A DNA stretch of 64,000 nucleotides from Fimbriosthenelais zetlandica (lineage: Eukaryota), in assembly GCA_977030845.1 (NCBI GenBank), contig OZ365118.1, forward strand, positions 10,230,001-10,294,000, given 5' to 3'. The stretch's first letter is position 1. Each line of letters begins with the position of its first letter. Shown piece after piece: positions 13,916-26,500 of this stretch. A model generated the notes under the pieces. That model worked only from the letters and a program-made list of their open reading frames with translations, made no database searches and was not told where the DNA came from. Made by a program: the position numbers and the translations under genes.

Positions 13916-13921
13916 TTTATT
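13916..13921 (-). promoter_or_regulatory. Candidate polyadenylation signal AATAAA of the channel gene (alternative at 13655-13660)
   Basis: First AATAAA I noticed on the minus strand after the stop (~420 nt downstream). Common hexamer in AT-rich DNA. Confidence 0.3.
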
Positions 13922-14339
13922 GGATTATTTTTGTAAATATAATGTAAGTCCATTGCCATTATTTTTGTAGATCGAGATAAGCTTTCTGGTGACCAACATG
14001 TTGCCGCCTGGCCCTGGTGGACCAAGAGGGTCAAATGTAAGTGCTTAGCTTCATTAATATTCATCAGCAGTCACATGGTATAAATTCCTGTTTCTGATTG
14101 GTGCTCTTCTAATCCCTACATAAATAGGCCCATTAGTGTAAAAGTTGACCCAACTCCTTTAAATGGTCATGTTAACTCACACATAATTATTTACTTGAAT
14201 GATTTAAAATCCCAAATCAATACATCAATTCATAAATGTATTTAGGTTTTACTTACATGCACAAAACCAATATTTGTCTCTGTTTAATATTAGTGAGGAG
14301 ATAATAGGTGATAGTCACAGGTGCCTTCACTTCCATACT

Positions 14340-14579
14340 CTATAAGATACAGGCATAGAGCAGCCAGTAAGCAAAGTTAAACACCATGAAGCTTGTCGGG
14401 AAGAGAAAGCGCGATGTTGTATCAATAATGATTGCTTGGTTGCGATGAGATTTTTTAAAGAAGGAAATATTTTTCTGGAATTTTCTATCTCCCATCTCTC
14501 CATCTTTACCGCAGTGTTTGCAGAAAGCCACTGTGTTCCGTTCCCGGAGTGGCGCATCAACCCCATGGTCTCCAGTCAT
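14340..14579 (-). CDS. Terminal coding exon: cytoplasmic loop end and M4, TAG stop
   Basis: cttttatttaacag acceptor in phase 0; [21 protein letters not shown] matches the D-x-x-SR-x-x-FP-x-x-F-x-x-FN-x-x-YW M4 signature. Confidence 0.95.
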   Translation of the reverse strand: MTGDHGVDAPLRERNTVAFCKHCGKDGEMGDRKFQKNISFFKKSHRNQAIIIDTTSRFLFPTSFMVFNFAYWLLYACIL

Positions 14580-17500
14580 CTGTTAAATAAAAGAGGCAGA
14601 AGCAAGGGTGAATTTAACATGTAAGTTAAGGTTTTGGTAATTCAATGGGAGAATTTTTTGTCTTCGATGGTCATTTTATCCACTCAGTAATGTAATTTGG
14701 CCAAGATACTTCAGATTCCTTGGCGGAGAATGAAAATGACTTCATTTAATAATACTTTATTTGCTGGAACATATATAACTTTTCATGAATATTATTGATA
14801 ATTAATATTTTCATGATGAGGTAAATATCGGAATATTGAAAAAAGTGAAAAAAGCAAAAAAACTGAAATAACGGTGTGGTTGAAGGCGCAAATACGTGGA
14901 AAAGGGAAAAGTTGAAAAGTGCACCCATGCTTTTCTCAATTCACAATGGGATTGTGAGGCACGGAGGGTTGAGGCTATAGGAAAGTTTGTGCTTTTCTTC
15001 TACTGTGTTTCTATAAGAATATGGCGATCTAATTCATCAATAGTTCCCTTGTGTAACAGTCCCCCAAAATATCCAAATTCTAACAAATATGAAACATTTT
15101 AGAGGCATTTTTTTAAAGAAAGTCTCGCATAGAGTGCACTCCTAAAAGTGTGTATTCAAAACTGTCAAAAACAGTCGATTCAAAGTTAAAAAATAGGCTT
15201 CTAGTGAAAAGTGTAGATCTACATTTCAAAACAGTTCCACACAAGATGGGACATAGTAAAGTTTAAAAGTAGGAGGATGAAATATGCAGGGCATTACAAG
15301 AAATTCACCTCTATCATTTAAAAGAAAAAAAAACACCAAAAACGTGATCACTTGAAAAAAAAGTGGAAAGCTCATCACCCTGGGTGGAAAAAAGTGCATT
15401 CAATACAGCGATAGAGGAGAGAGGCATGTGGTATGGACTGCAGAAATAACGTGTCATATATACAGTAAGAGGTGTTTATTTCAAGGGTAAATCTAGCATC
15501 TAGATCTCCCTTCTTTACGAACCATATCTCTCGTGTTGGAGTCGTATTCTATAAGTTCCATTTGCTGCAATTCAAGTTGAACTTGAAGTCAAATGTATTC
15601 ATTACATATATTCATTACGGATAGAGTATGACTTTTGCTGCAAGTTCCATTTACTGCAAGTTTAACATGGAAGTTGAACTTGAAGTAGTCAAAGATATTC
15701 ATTACATATTGGTGAATTGACGGATAGAGAATGACTGGAAAATTGATCTCGGGATTGGCGATTGGGGTGTGAAAGTGATCATCTCTCAGATGGGGGGTTG
15801 TGGTTACCGGGGGAGAGTCGTTTAGATATGGCGGCGTCATCTCCTTGCCTACCTCCTCCACTGTGGAAGACGTCAGCTCATCAAGCAATTTGTGGTGAGG
15901 CGGGTTGGGTTACACCACTCTTACCACATAGATCCCACCTAAAGCAGGCACACGTGACGACTGATTGATCCTCACTGCTCTACCAGATCAATCTTGGCGC
16001 AATGGAGCCTTCTTGCGTTCTCACACCTTCTCAACCAATGGCTGGCCTGTTTGCGTGACACACCCTGTCACCAATGTTGGCAGTAATGGCCAATCTCCCA
16101 TCACTTCCGGTCGCACTTTTAACGAGGAATACGCTGGAAGGGTGGATGGACGATTGTGGCCCTCCATGTGTGGTTATCAGGCCCACTTAATGCTTGAAAC
16201 AGACTGGGAACGCCTCCAATTGCATGTGATTTCTTGTCATGTAACTGGAAAGAACACCCATAATCGAGTGCACTGATTAGATTTTCTAATCGAGTTGCAG
16301 ATGCTATGCGTTTGCTTGATTTAGGCGCACATATTCTTGGTTACCAGTGCACAAAGAGACAGACCAATATGGGTGCATCTATGAATATGAGTGCGACTGC
16401 AAAAACGCTTTGGTCTGTTCATCGCATTACCCATTGCAGAAGTGGGCGCATGTAGTAAATGCCTGGTCTGACTGCTCTACAGGCACTCTGTATGTATTGT
16501 GATGGCACCCGCTTGCTTCACTGCCAAAATAAGGATTGTGATGGCTGTAAACGGCGCAATGTGGACGACATACATCAAATGAGAGACGGTTTAACTGGGC
16601 AAAGGCAAGTACTGCATTGGGCAGTGAGCAACCGAGTGGACATTATGTTCCCAATGTTTTAGCCCCAAGGCACACTTCCTGCAAGCTAAATTGGTGTTAT
16701 TAGGGTTGTCCATGAATTTTTCTTTGCAAGATAACACTCCCACGCACCCTTAAAACGGCAGTACCTCCACAAAACGCCCCCAAAAAGTAATGCACTGAGA
16801 TATAATCAAATCTTAAACCTTTTATGAACATACTTGAATGTTTATCTGGTTATTATGGAGTCTGTGTCCCCAACTTAACAAATTCATCACAATCAAAAGT
16901 AATTTCATCAAATCAAAATTTAATTTGGCTTTTGGAAGAAACAATTTCAAAGAAAGAATACTTAAAGTGTAAAATCTTACTTCTGCAAAGTTGGGACAGA
17001 AGTTAAGAAATGTCTGGAGATTATACAAAATTAATTCGCTCATTGTCGGTGCACAGCACAAAACATTCCAGACAAGTTTTTATGGATCGACATTAAAACT
17101 TCCTGAGCAGATTGAGCAATATTAGTATGAACAAGAACTCATTCTTCTTTGGTAGATAGTACATATAGGGATTGGTCCCAACGTTTCCAAATTTTAAGTC
17201 CATAGCTTAAAATATATGACTTTGTCTTACTGAACTGGATAGATCCCAGTTTGCTATTCCAGTTCAAATTCTAGCAGAATATCTGGGCTTATATAGCATC
17301 CAGGATAGTTCAAATCTCAGATTTGGGTGTTTTCGGAAGAGTTATTATATCTTACTTTTAAAAGAAGATTCACCTCAGGGAGTGTTTTAAGTCTTGTCTT
17401 AAGGCAGGTGATATACTATGGGCTGGTGGTCCTTTATAAGTCTTATATATGCCCACAATAGGCACACAGTGGTTTGTGGATCACCCATTGAAGTCTTGTC

Positions 17501-20500
17501 CAAATTACGCATGTGCAATCGACTCTCTGGCTTTGGCATGAAGGAAAAATCATAGTGGACTTTCAGTGATAAATGTCCTACAACGCCTTTCTCGCCGCCC
17601 AGTACATGACAGACATTCCGCCTTGGTCCTTTCTTTTCCATTCTATTCCTTTTTGCTGGGAGGAATTGTTCAGCTTTTGTGGCTCAGTACTTGTCAAGTT
17701 GTGATATCGATCATTGGTCTTTTAGTGACCATGTGAGTCTGTGATGGATCAGGCTATAGCTGTTACTGTTGTACGGACCAGACGACAGTGAGAGGAGGCC
17801 GTCTGGTGGTGGGAGGCCGCCATAAACAACAACCAATACTCCCACCATTATATCTACCACCCAATGCTTTAACCCAATACTGCTTGTCTTGGTGGGGATG
17901 AGGGGGGCTCAAGACATTCAGATCCAGAGTTGGAACCATATAATTATGCTCTTCCGAAGTATGCAAATATGCTGCTTGTATCACAAACTGAAAGATCAGG
18001 CCTATGTTTAGATGTCCTTTCCCCAGAAGGATTTCACCTTGAAATTTAAACTTGAATATATTTTGGGAATTCAGTTGCACAGACTTAAGTCTAGGTGATC
18101 CTTCAGTTGGGGGTTCTGGTATGAAGAAGCAAAAGGTATACAGTCCTGCTTATCCATAATTGATATAATTTTTTGTATTTAAAGAAAAATGTTTTCAATG
18201 TAAATCCTTGAATATAGGCTGCTGAGGGCTGGGAAGGCTTAGTTACCCATAGGGGTCCCGAGTGCCCCCTTCCCTCCCACAGGACTGTTTGCAAATTAAA
18301 GATTCCATGCGGTTTCCCCATCCATCAGAGATACCCTCCGCTATATCTTTCCCTCTCTATGCTCGCCCGTCCCTTACACGTACATATTGGAAAACCGTTT
18401 CTAAGTAATTGCTTCGCTTTTAGGAAGTTTTCAATACATTACTGTCTCTAAAGCAGCGTGATAACCATATTGGTGTAAGTCTACCTCTTCTCACTTTTCT
18501 AGGCCTAGGAATCGAGGTGTTAGTGACTCAAATCTTCCCACTAATTTATTGCAGTTTTGTAGCCTACCTGCACGCATTCATAAAATGGTATATTACAAAC
18601 ATGGCAGTTGAATAATTTATTGGTACCCTGTATGTTTGTGATACACTGGGGGATACAATACTTGCATGGCTTTTCTCTTGAAATACTCCTTTGGGACATT
18701 TTAGTAGTGAACACTCTCAGCCCCCTGTGATTAGATAAAGATATCATATACATGTAGGTATGTGTAGGAGATGTAGCTGTTGACTAATGTACAGCTGTAC
18801 CAGTTCTAAAACACTTGATTCTGCCTGATCCATATAATAGTATACATGTATACGTTAATGCGATTGTAGGAGGCCACTACTATCGCATCAACCAAAAGCC
18901 ACCGTTTTTCTTGTAGCAATATATATCATCTTCTGATTGGAACTTGTCCAAGCAATTTTTCAAGAAAACTGCCTTAACAAAGTAAACGCTCAACAAGTTT
19001 GCCCGCGCCGACCTTCGCCATTGGCAAGGTTCCTTGTACAAGAGGGGGATATAGAGAGTAAAATTAATGTAGAATGCCTACCTCAGCCTTGCCATCGTCC
19101 AGGTCGTTGCGGCGGCCCATCTGTGGGCATTCGTCTGGTAAGTGGCGCCTCTTGTCCTTTAACTTGGTCTTCCTGTACAGGACGTTCACGGCAGAGTACT
19201 CAATGAGGGCACTGAAGACGAATACCAAACACACCGCCATCCACACGTCTATAGCTGGAAAATGGGTACAAAAAGAGACATCACTACATTATTCTCTCTC
19301 TCCCTTGAACTCTCTTTATGGAGATTGCACCCTTCCACTCCTACTTGCCCTCTCCCAGTCTATTGCTCTCGCCCTTTCCCTTTCTCTCACACTTTCCCTC
19401 ACTTGACTTCCTCTCTTGCTCCCTCACTCTCTCCCCCAATTTTGTATGTATCCACATGCAAGTATCACTAGATATGACCACAAGTTGATTATTTCAGCTT
19501 ATTTCACCGCGTCCATTTAGGCCTACATGGTCAACTACCAAGAGCAGTTATATATATGTCTTGATTGCCTGTAGAAGGCCTATATCTGCTCAAGCTAGAT
19601 TGATGAGGATAAAGTTACCTTTAATGTAAGAGACGCGTGGTAGGCGGGCACTGATGGCCGACGATTGGGTCGTCATGGTGAGAACCTGGAATAGAGAGAG
19701 TGATTGATAAGACAAGTTAAAGACTTAAACTTAAAAAAAAAACTTGCGAACTTTGGAGATGGCCCATAACAGATATTATGAAACACAATGCATATAGGAT
19801 GGAGAGATCTGTAGTACATTATATATACTGACCGTGAGTAGGCCCAGTGATATCCTGGCTGGCACAGCATCAATATCTATCCAGAATGACACCCACGAGA
19901 GAACTACGATGAGGAAACTGGGGATGTATGTCTGCAGCAGGTAGTATTCAAACTTACGGTCAAAGTGGAACTCGGCAAACACACAGGCGAAACTCCCTGT
20001 CAGAGAAAAATAATCAAATCTTACATTCACAGCTTGAATATATATGGAAAATCAGAGTCGAAAGGTGAATTTTACTGGAAATTGATTGCATTTCCCCGCA
20101 TTTCTTGCATTTACTCTAAGGTGGATCCAAATTGAGGATTTTTTAAAATTTGGATTAGACTGGAGGCATCTACATGGATTGAGTAGGTTTTCATACCTGC
20201 AGTTAATTCTACTAGAGTTTTACTTTAAACAAATGATAATTACAAAATAAATCCTTGATGCATCATTGGAATGTGATACAAGGAGATATGGCAATTGATT
20301 ATTTACCTGTGCTGAAGACTCGAGTGCAGTCTCCCACTCTGGTGCCGGTTATAGAGAATTCGGGAAGCTCAAGGTTGGCTTTAGTACTTAGTGGTTCCCC
20401 AGTAGCTAGCCATGTAAATACGAGATCGTTGGTTGTGTATCCGTCTGTAACAAAAGATAAAGACCATAGGTTATACATGTTAAAATGTATATATAAATGG

Positions 20501-23500
20501 GAATATTTCTCTTGAAACGGTTGAATTTAGTGGCAAGTTAGTGTAGAACCAAATACATACATGTAAAGCCTAAAATATTTGCAAAGCCAAATGCTTTGAC
20601 AACCCAAATGAAGCCAAAACTGAAATGCTTGTGAAGCCAATGTCTGTTCAGTCAAAAGTCCTTGCCATCCATTTAAATTTATTGAATTTCAATGAAATGC
20701 AACAATTTACTAAACTTAAGAATATATTGAAACGTTGGAACCTTTAAAAGGGTTGGTCAGAATGAGGAGTAGTGGTTTATACTAGGGTCTGGGTGGGGAG
20801 TACACATTTACATAGTGGGCTCTTAGCATGCTCGTCGTTACATGGAATAGCCATTAGCCTGTCTGATACATGAACTGTTAATGTGCCAGTTACTGCCAGT
20901 AATCGTATCTCGTCTCAAGTTTTTTTGTATACAGAGCTCCTTGTCTTCCTTATGCCTGGGTTCCACTAAAGGGTTTCACTGATTGTGGAAAACGCTCTGA
21001 TCTGTTCAAGCCATTATTATGCATCTAAAGTAAATATTTCAAAAAGATACATCTACTACTTACAACTTCCTATTTCCATACGACATCTTTGGTCATCTAA
21101 TGGATACTTCTGTAGTTGCATCATGCAATCTAACCGCAGAGAAATTCTGAAAGAAATTGACAATATTGTTGATATTAAATTTTATAATCCATTTTAGACT
21201 ATTTCTAAACTTTCCCCAGGCACACCGTACCCCCATACCACATGCCCCAGCCCCAGCCCCAACCTCCCCTATAGACCCAACAACCTTCCCCACCCCAACC
21301 CCTTCACCTTGGTCAATGGAACACACATAGAGAGAAGGAAATAACCGCTCTTTGCGGTGTAAGCGATGCCATCTATAATCGCCCTCATCTATCTCTCATT
21401 ATCATGGGTGGAGACAGACGGGAGATCATTGGAACAGAGACAATGTAATCACTCAGAAATACCAGCTCATTGCCTAATCCCCTCCACCCCGGATTACCAC
21501 ATCTATCTTATCCTCTCCCTTATAGATTGACCTGTCTTAGATTATAAAGTTTGATCTGGTCGCTCATATACCATTATCACTATGGATCCACGTTGACAAA
21601 CCGGTAGTCATTGTCATCCATGCATCAATGTCCATTTTAAGATTTTCTTTATGATTTGATACGTTTCTTTTTGATCTCTACTTTTGATGTCTTTACTTTT
21701 TATTCTGGCAATAAGAAGGTCAGGGATAGAGTGTAAGATTGCATAATAATTTATTTTCAAGTTTTTTGTTGGGGACGGGGCGGTTTACGAATTTAAACTG
21801 AAAGGGGAAATAAAAATATATCCATCTATTTTCAGAACATGCTGGCAGTTATACGAATCCTGGTACCAGAGACTGAGACTGAATGAGTTTCTCCATATTC
21901 GTCATTTTGAAACAAAAGTGTGTATCGCAGATTAAGGTAGGCCCACTTTTGCTATAGTTCCTTCCCCCATAACGACATAGGGTGTTTATTACAATTATTG
22001 TGACTGTGATAATGACCGTGATGTATTAACTATGATTGTTGTCCATTATCTATAAGAGAATTATAAGATTTCTGCTCTTTTTGAGGTCCACCAATTGATT
22101 TTTGGTGAAAAGATTTCACACTGAAAATCCCCATTTGTGTAAGTTTCTGGTAAGACCTTATCGGTTCACTGTGTACTGGTGTGTGGTTCTGGCTTGATTG
22201 AACCTTCTGCTTTTATTCTGGTTCATACGGTTCACACTGCCAAGTCAAAGCATCCTCCAGGCAGTGATGATTCCATGGATTTCCTCCTAAATAATGGTAG
22301 AAAGCCTCCTTCAGTGGGCGATAATAAGTGATGAGAAAACACTAATGGCCCTCTGAATCCATCTAAACTAAAACCCGGCCGGAGAATGAGTCCCCATTTA
22401 CGATAATTGGACCAAATAACCTCAAAAGGCCACTGATGTATTTGGTATTAATTGTGTGGTGTTCTAAAAAGAGAAAGGAAGGGGGAAGTAGCATGGAATC
22501 ACCGGAAAGCGGGGATCCATCCTCAGGGTATGTAACCCCCACGAGGGGCTGTTTCATAATTATTGTTGTTACATAATTATTGTTGTTACATAATTATTGT
22601 TGTTTCATTATTATTGTTGTTTCATTGTACATTGTTGAAGTTCAGAAGTTGGTGGGGGTGCTGGGGGCTAGGCCCCCACCGCTTCTCCTGTCAGCAGTAT
22701 TTCATGTAGTTTCTGACTCTGCGTTTTCACTGGCAATTGAGGCTGGCATATCAGACCACAGACACATGCAAAATATCACATATTTTTATCCAAATATTCG
22801 CCCATGCGTCTACTTCTTGTACGTAATCTTTGGCAACGCATGCCTTATCCTCGTCTGGATAATATTAAGCCTAAAATACACGACCCCCCTGTAAATTTTA
22901 CAGGACGTTTTTGTAGTGTGGCAAAAGTGTTTGCAGTGTATGAACTGACGCGTTTCAAGGTGCTTTTGCATTTCATAGGCATTCGTTTCAATTTTAGCCT
23001 CCAGTTGGTCCACCTATCACTTGTAACTCTCTCACCATGAAACACACCCCGGTGGCGGGGGCCGGGAGCTGGCAGGTCCCAGCAGTCAGAGAGATGGTCT
23101 TAATACCAGAGTCAGTGGTGAATAATAGATGTGGCCTTAACCTAAGGCGATGTATAGTGAAGACATGAGGTCATCCTACCTCTCCTTACAGTCTATTAGC
23201 TCCTACCTCTCACTCACATTGACACTATTGATAAAGACCTCATGAAGGATGAGCTAATGATCGCTAACCTGCTCACCAACCTGCTCCTCACCTGCTCACT
23301 CAACCTGCTCCCCACCTGCTCACTCAACCTGCTCACTCAACCTGCTCCCCACCTGCTCACTCAACCTGCTCACTCAACCTGCTCACCAACCTGCTCACCA
23401 ACCTGCTCACTCAACCTGCTCACTCAACCTGCTCCCCACCTGCTCACTCAACCTGCTCCCCACCTGCTCACTCAACCTGCTCCTCACGTGGTCACCAACC

Positions 23501-26500
23501 TGCTTCTCACCTGCTCACTCAACCTGCTCCTCACCTGCTCACTCAACCTGCTCCTCACCTGCTCACTCAACCTGCTCACTCAACCTGCTCTCCACCTGCT
23601 CCTCACCTGCTCACTCAACCTGCTCACTCAACCTGCTCCCCACCTGCTCACTCAACCTGCTCCCCACCTGCTCCTCACCTGCTCACCAACCTGCTCCTCA
23701 CCTGCTCACCAACCTGCTCACTCAACCTGCTCCTCACCTGCTCACTCAACCTGCTCCTCACCTGCTCACCAACCTGCTCCCCACCTTTTAAGACAGCTCG
23801 CGATCATTTAAGACCATTTGGTCGTCGTGTGTACTGAACCTATGACGTCTGGGTGGGGTGGCTGCCCACTGACTGAAACCAACACCCTTTAAATAGTCAG
23901 CCTCCTGAATCTAATTCTGTTTGTCCATTGTCTAGGCCTTTTCAGACACATAAAAAAATCTCCTGTGGATTTGATGGAGAAAACAGTTTAACTACTTTGT
24001 AGTTGATAGCGAGTTAATTTTCAGTTCAAATATTGGGATGTATAGATTAAAATGGCAGAATAGGAGTGAATGTTTAATTGCTTGGTGTTCAGTTGACTCT
24101 AATATCCTGTCTGGTAAAGAGCAAAAGGGGTGAAGAAATCAATAGGGCAAAGGTGCAAAGTGACAAAGGAGTTTAAGATGTTGTCATCAGTTGGTGTTCC
24201 TCTGAGACAGACATCAGTCAGTCTCAGTCCAGAGACGTTTTTAATGATCCATGTAGCTCAACTCGTCAATAGACTAGAAAGGGCAGGGGGGGGGGGAGAG
24301 AGGTAAGGGAGAGATGGAGAGAGAGTATGAGAGAGGGAGAGAGAGAGGGGGGGGGAGAGGGAAACAGAGGGAGAAAGCATGGACAGAGGCAGGGATAATG
24401 GGGAAATGAGTGATTGGAAAAGTAAAGACTATGAACTAAAGGTACAGGGAAAGGTTCATGTGAGAAACAGAGATAGAGAGACAGCCCACCGCCACCTTTT
24501 CTGACAGACAGACAGTGAAACGAGATAGGGAAAGGAGAGAAATTTAAGAGCGCTCAGAGAGATGGAGAATGAAAGAGATCAAAGTACGAGCTGGGTCACA
24601 TGACTCTGCACCATCCGCTGATCAAATCTCCCCTAGCTGATCTAAACCCGGCATTAAGGAGAAAAGGCTTGACATTTCACCGCTGTGTAGGTCTCCAACT
24701 GAGGAATTCCCACTGAGCTGTGGTGTATATGTAATGGTGCGGACGGCCATTAGTAGAGACCAAGCTGCCAGGATCACTGTACCATGGTGAACGTGATCAA
24801 ACGTGCGTCACTATGGGCACTTGCCCACACTTTCTTATCACTTTCTTTCCACTTTCTCTCACTGGATTAGAGAGGAAGGCCATCCTATATAGGCCCTGCA
24901 TCGTTAAAGATGCAAACTGTGCACCTCACACTTCTGTAAGACTTGGCACCCCTTTGTAGTTTCAAATTTAGATGTAATTACAGGACTTTCAGTCATCCTC
25001 TTTGAAGTTTACAATTCAATTCTAGGGTTAGGACTTAGAAAAGTCTTCCCCTAATGTATAGACCATGGAAGTCCCCAAACGATTCAAGTAACAACGCCTT
25101 ATAAATGAAATTTAGAAAAGAGTTACCTCTAAATCTGTGTTGCACATATGTCAGCTATGCCTACAGATTGTCCCTGAACGATGAAAAGGGGATACCCCGT
25201 CCAATGAAACATTGATTTAGATTTTGCCTTTTATCTTTACCTTTGTCAAGTCAAATGTGAAAATATCCTATTTAAACATTAGATTTCAAAGGGTAGTAGA
25301 AAAGTTGGTTAGTTGGGACTACATTGTATATGCTGGATATCCCCATGTGAAAAAACGAACCAATGCAAGCCCTATTGAAAAGTAAAGCCAACACTGACCT
25401 CTGGCTGTAAAGTACGGATCCATCAGGCCACAAACGGAGCAGTCTATTGGGCACTGTAATATCATGCAGCATTCCGTGTTTTTCGTTTCGGAAGAAGAGG
25501 TCGGGGACCCATATCCGGTGTATGTCGTTATAGTTGAGGGTGACGGTTCTGTTGAGACGTTTGTAGCCGAGGCGGGGATCCTGCCATCTCTGACGTAAAT
25601 AAAACGTCATAGCATACTCCTGAAAGTCGGAAAACAGTAAAAATGTTATTTACGAGAAACTTCCCAAATCCAGGAAGTTGAATTAAAATTGACTGTTTAA
25701 TGACGCAACACATAAGGATACGCGGGATACTTATTACGGTTTACGTCAATTTGGAAAAGATACTTCATCTATAGTGAGAGACCTCCATGCATTGGATCAG
25801 ATTTTGATCAAACTTTAAACGGCATTAGGATCATATCTGAATTTTAATTTTTCGTAATACATCCCGCATCTTCTATTCCCACTTTTTATTGGCGTTTGAA
25901 TGAGCTGTATCCAGTTCTAACTTTTAATTGTTGTTGCGTGATTTGCTGTCATTGAGACTACTTTATTGGCCTTGAACAACATGATAGGGTACTATATACT
26001 CACCATGTTGAAGTCGTCGATTGAACTGATGCTATTTACAAAGATGTTTAGATAGACTGTCGTTGGCGTGCCTGTAACAATGAAACACAGATCGTTAGAG
26101 TTGAACACTCAAGCCTTTTAACTGTTCTTATGATGTCTCTACATTCATTATCTCATATAGCAGCAATATTCTAAAGTAGTTTCATAATCATCTGGGATTC
26201 TTTTGCTTTGCGGTTCGTTGCGATTTTGTTACGGCTAGCCCGTGCCACTGATTTTCTATGGCCTCAACTACCATATCTGCCACACCACTCGCAACTAGAG
26301 CACAATTTTAATGGAAGAACCCCTCACAAATACCAAGCTCCTGCTATTGCAGTTACACTTGCGATACTAGCAATTAACTCACTTCCAGAAGATATAAAGG
26401 CCAACGCTGACCCCAGCTCCTTCAAAAGGGCCCTTAAATCCCACCTTGGTCTAACCACAAAACAGACAAATGTCTGACCCATTCCCAGCCTGTAGCCGAG

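Noticed and set aside
18930-19032. Extra loop exon after a 49-nt intron (pyrimidine tract plus AAG acceptor)
   Set aside because: Very short intron, weak acceptor, no compatible donor before the stop; direct 19082->14579 splicing already gives a complete protein.
22804-23045. Overlapping short ORFs in the intron before the Cys-loop exon
   Set aside because: No recognisable motif; the true Cys-loop exon is at 21064-21146.
23242-23811. 189-aa ORF
   Set aside because: Translation of the minisatellite.
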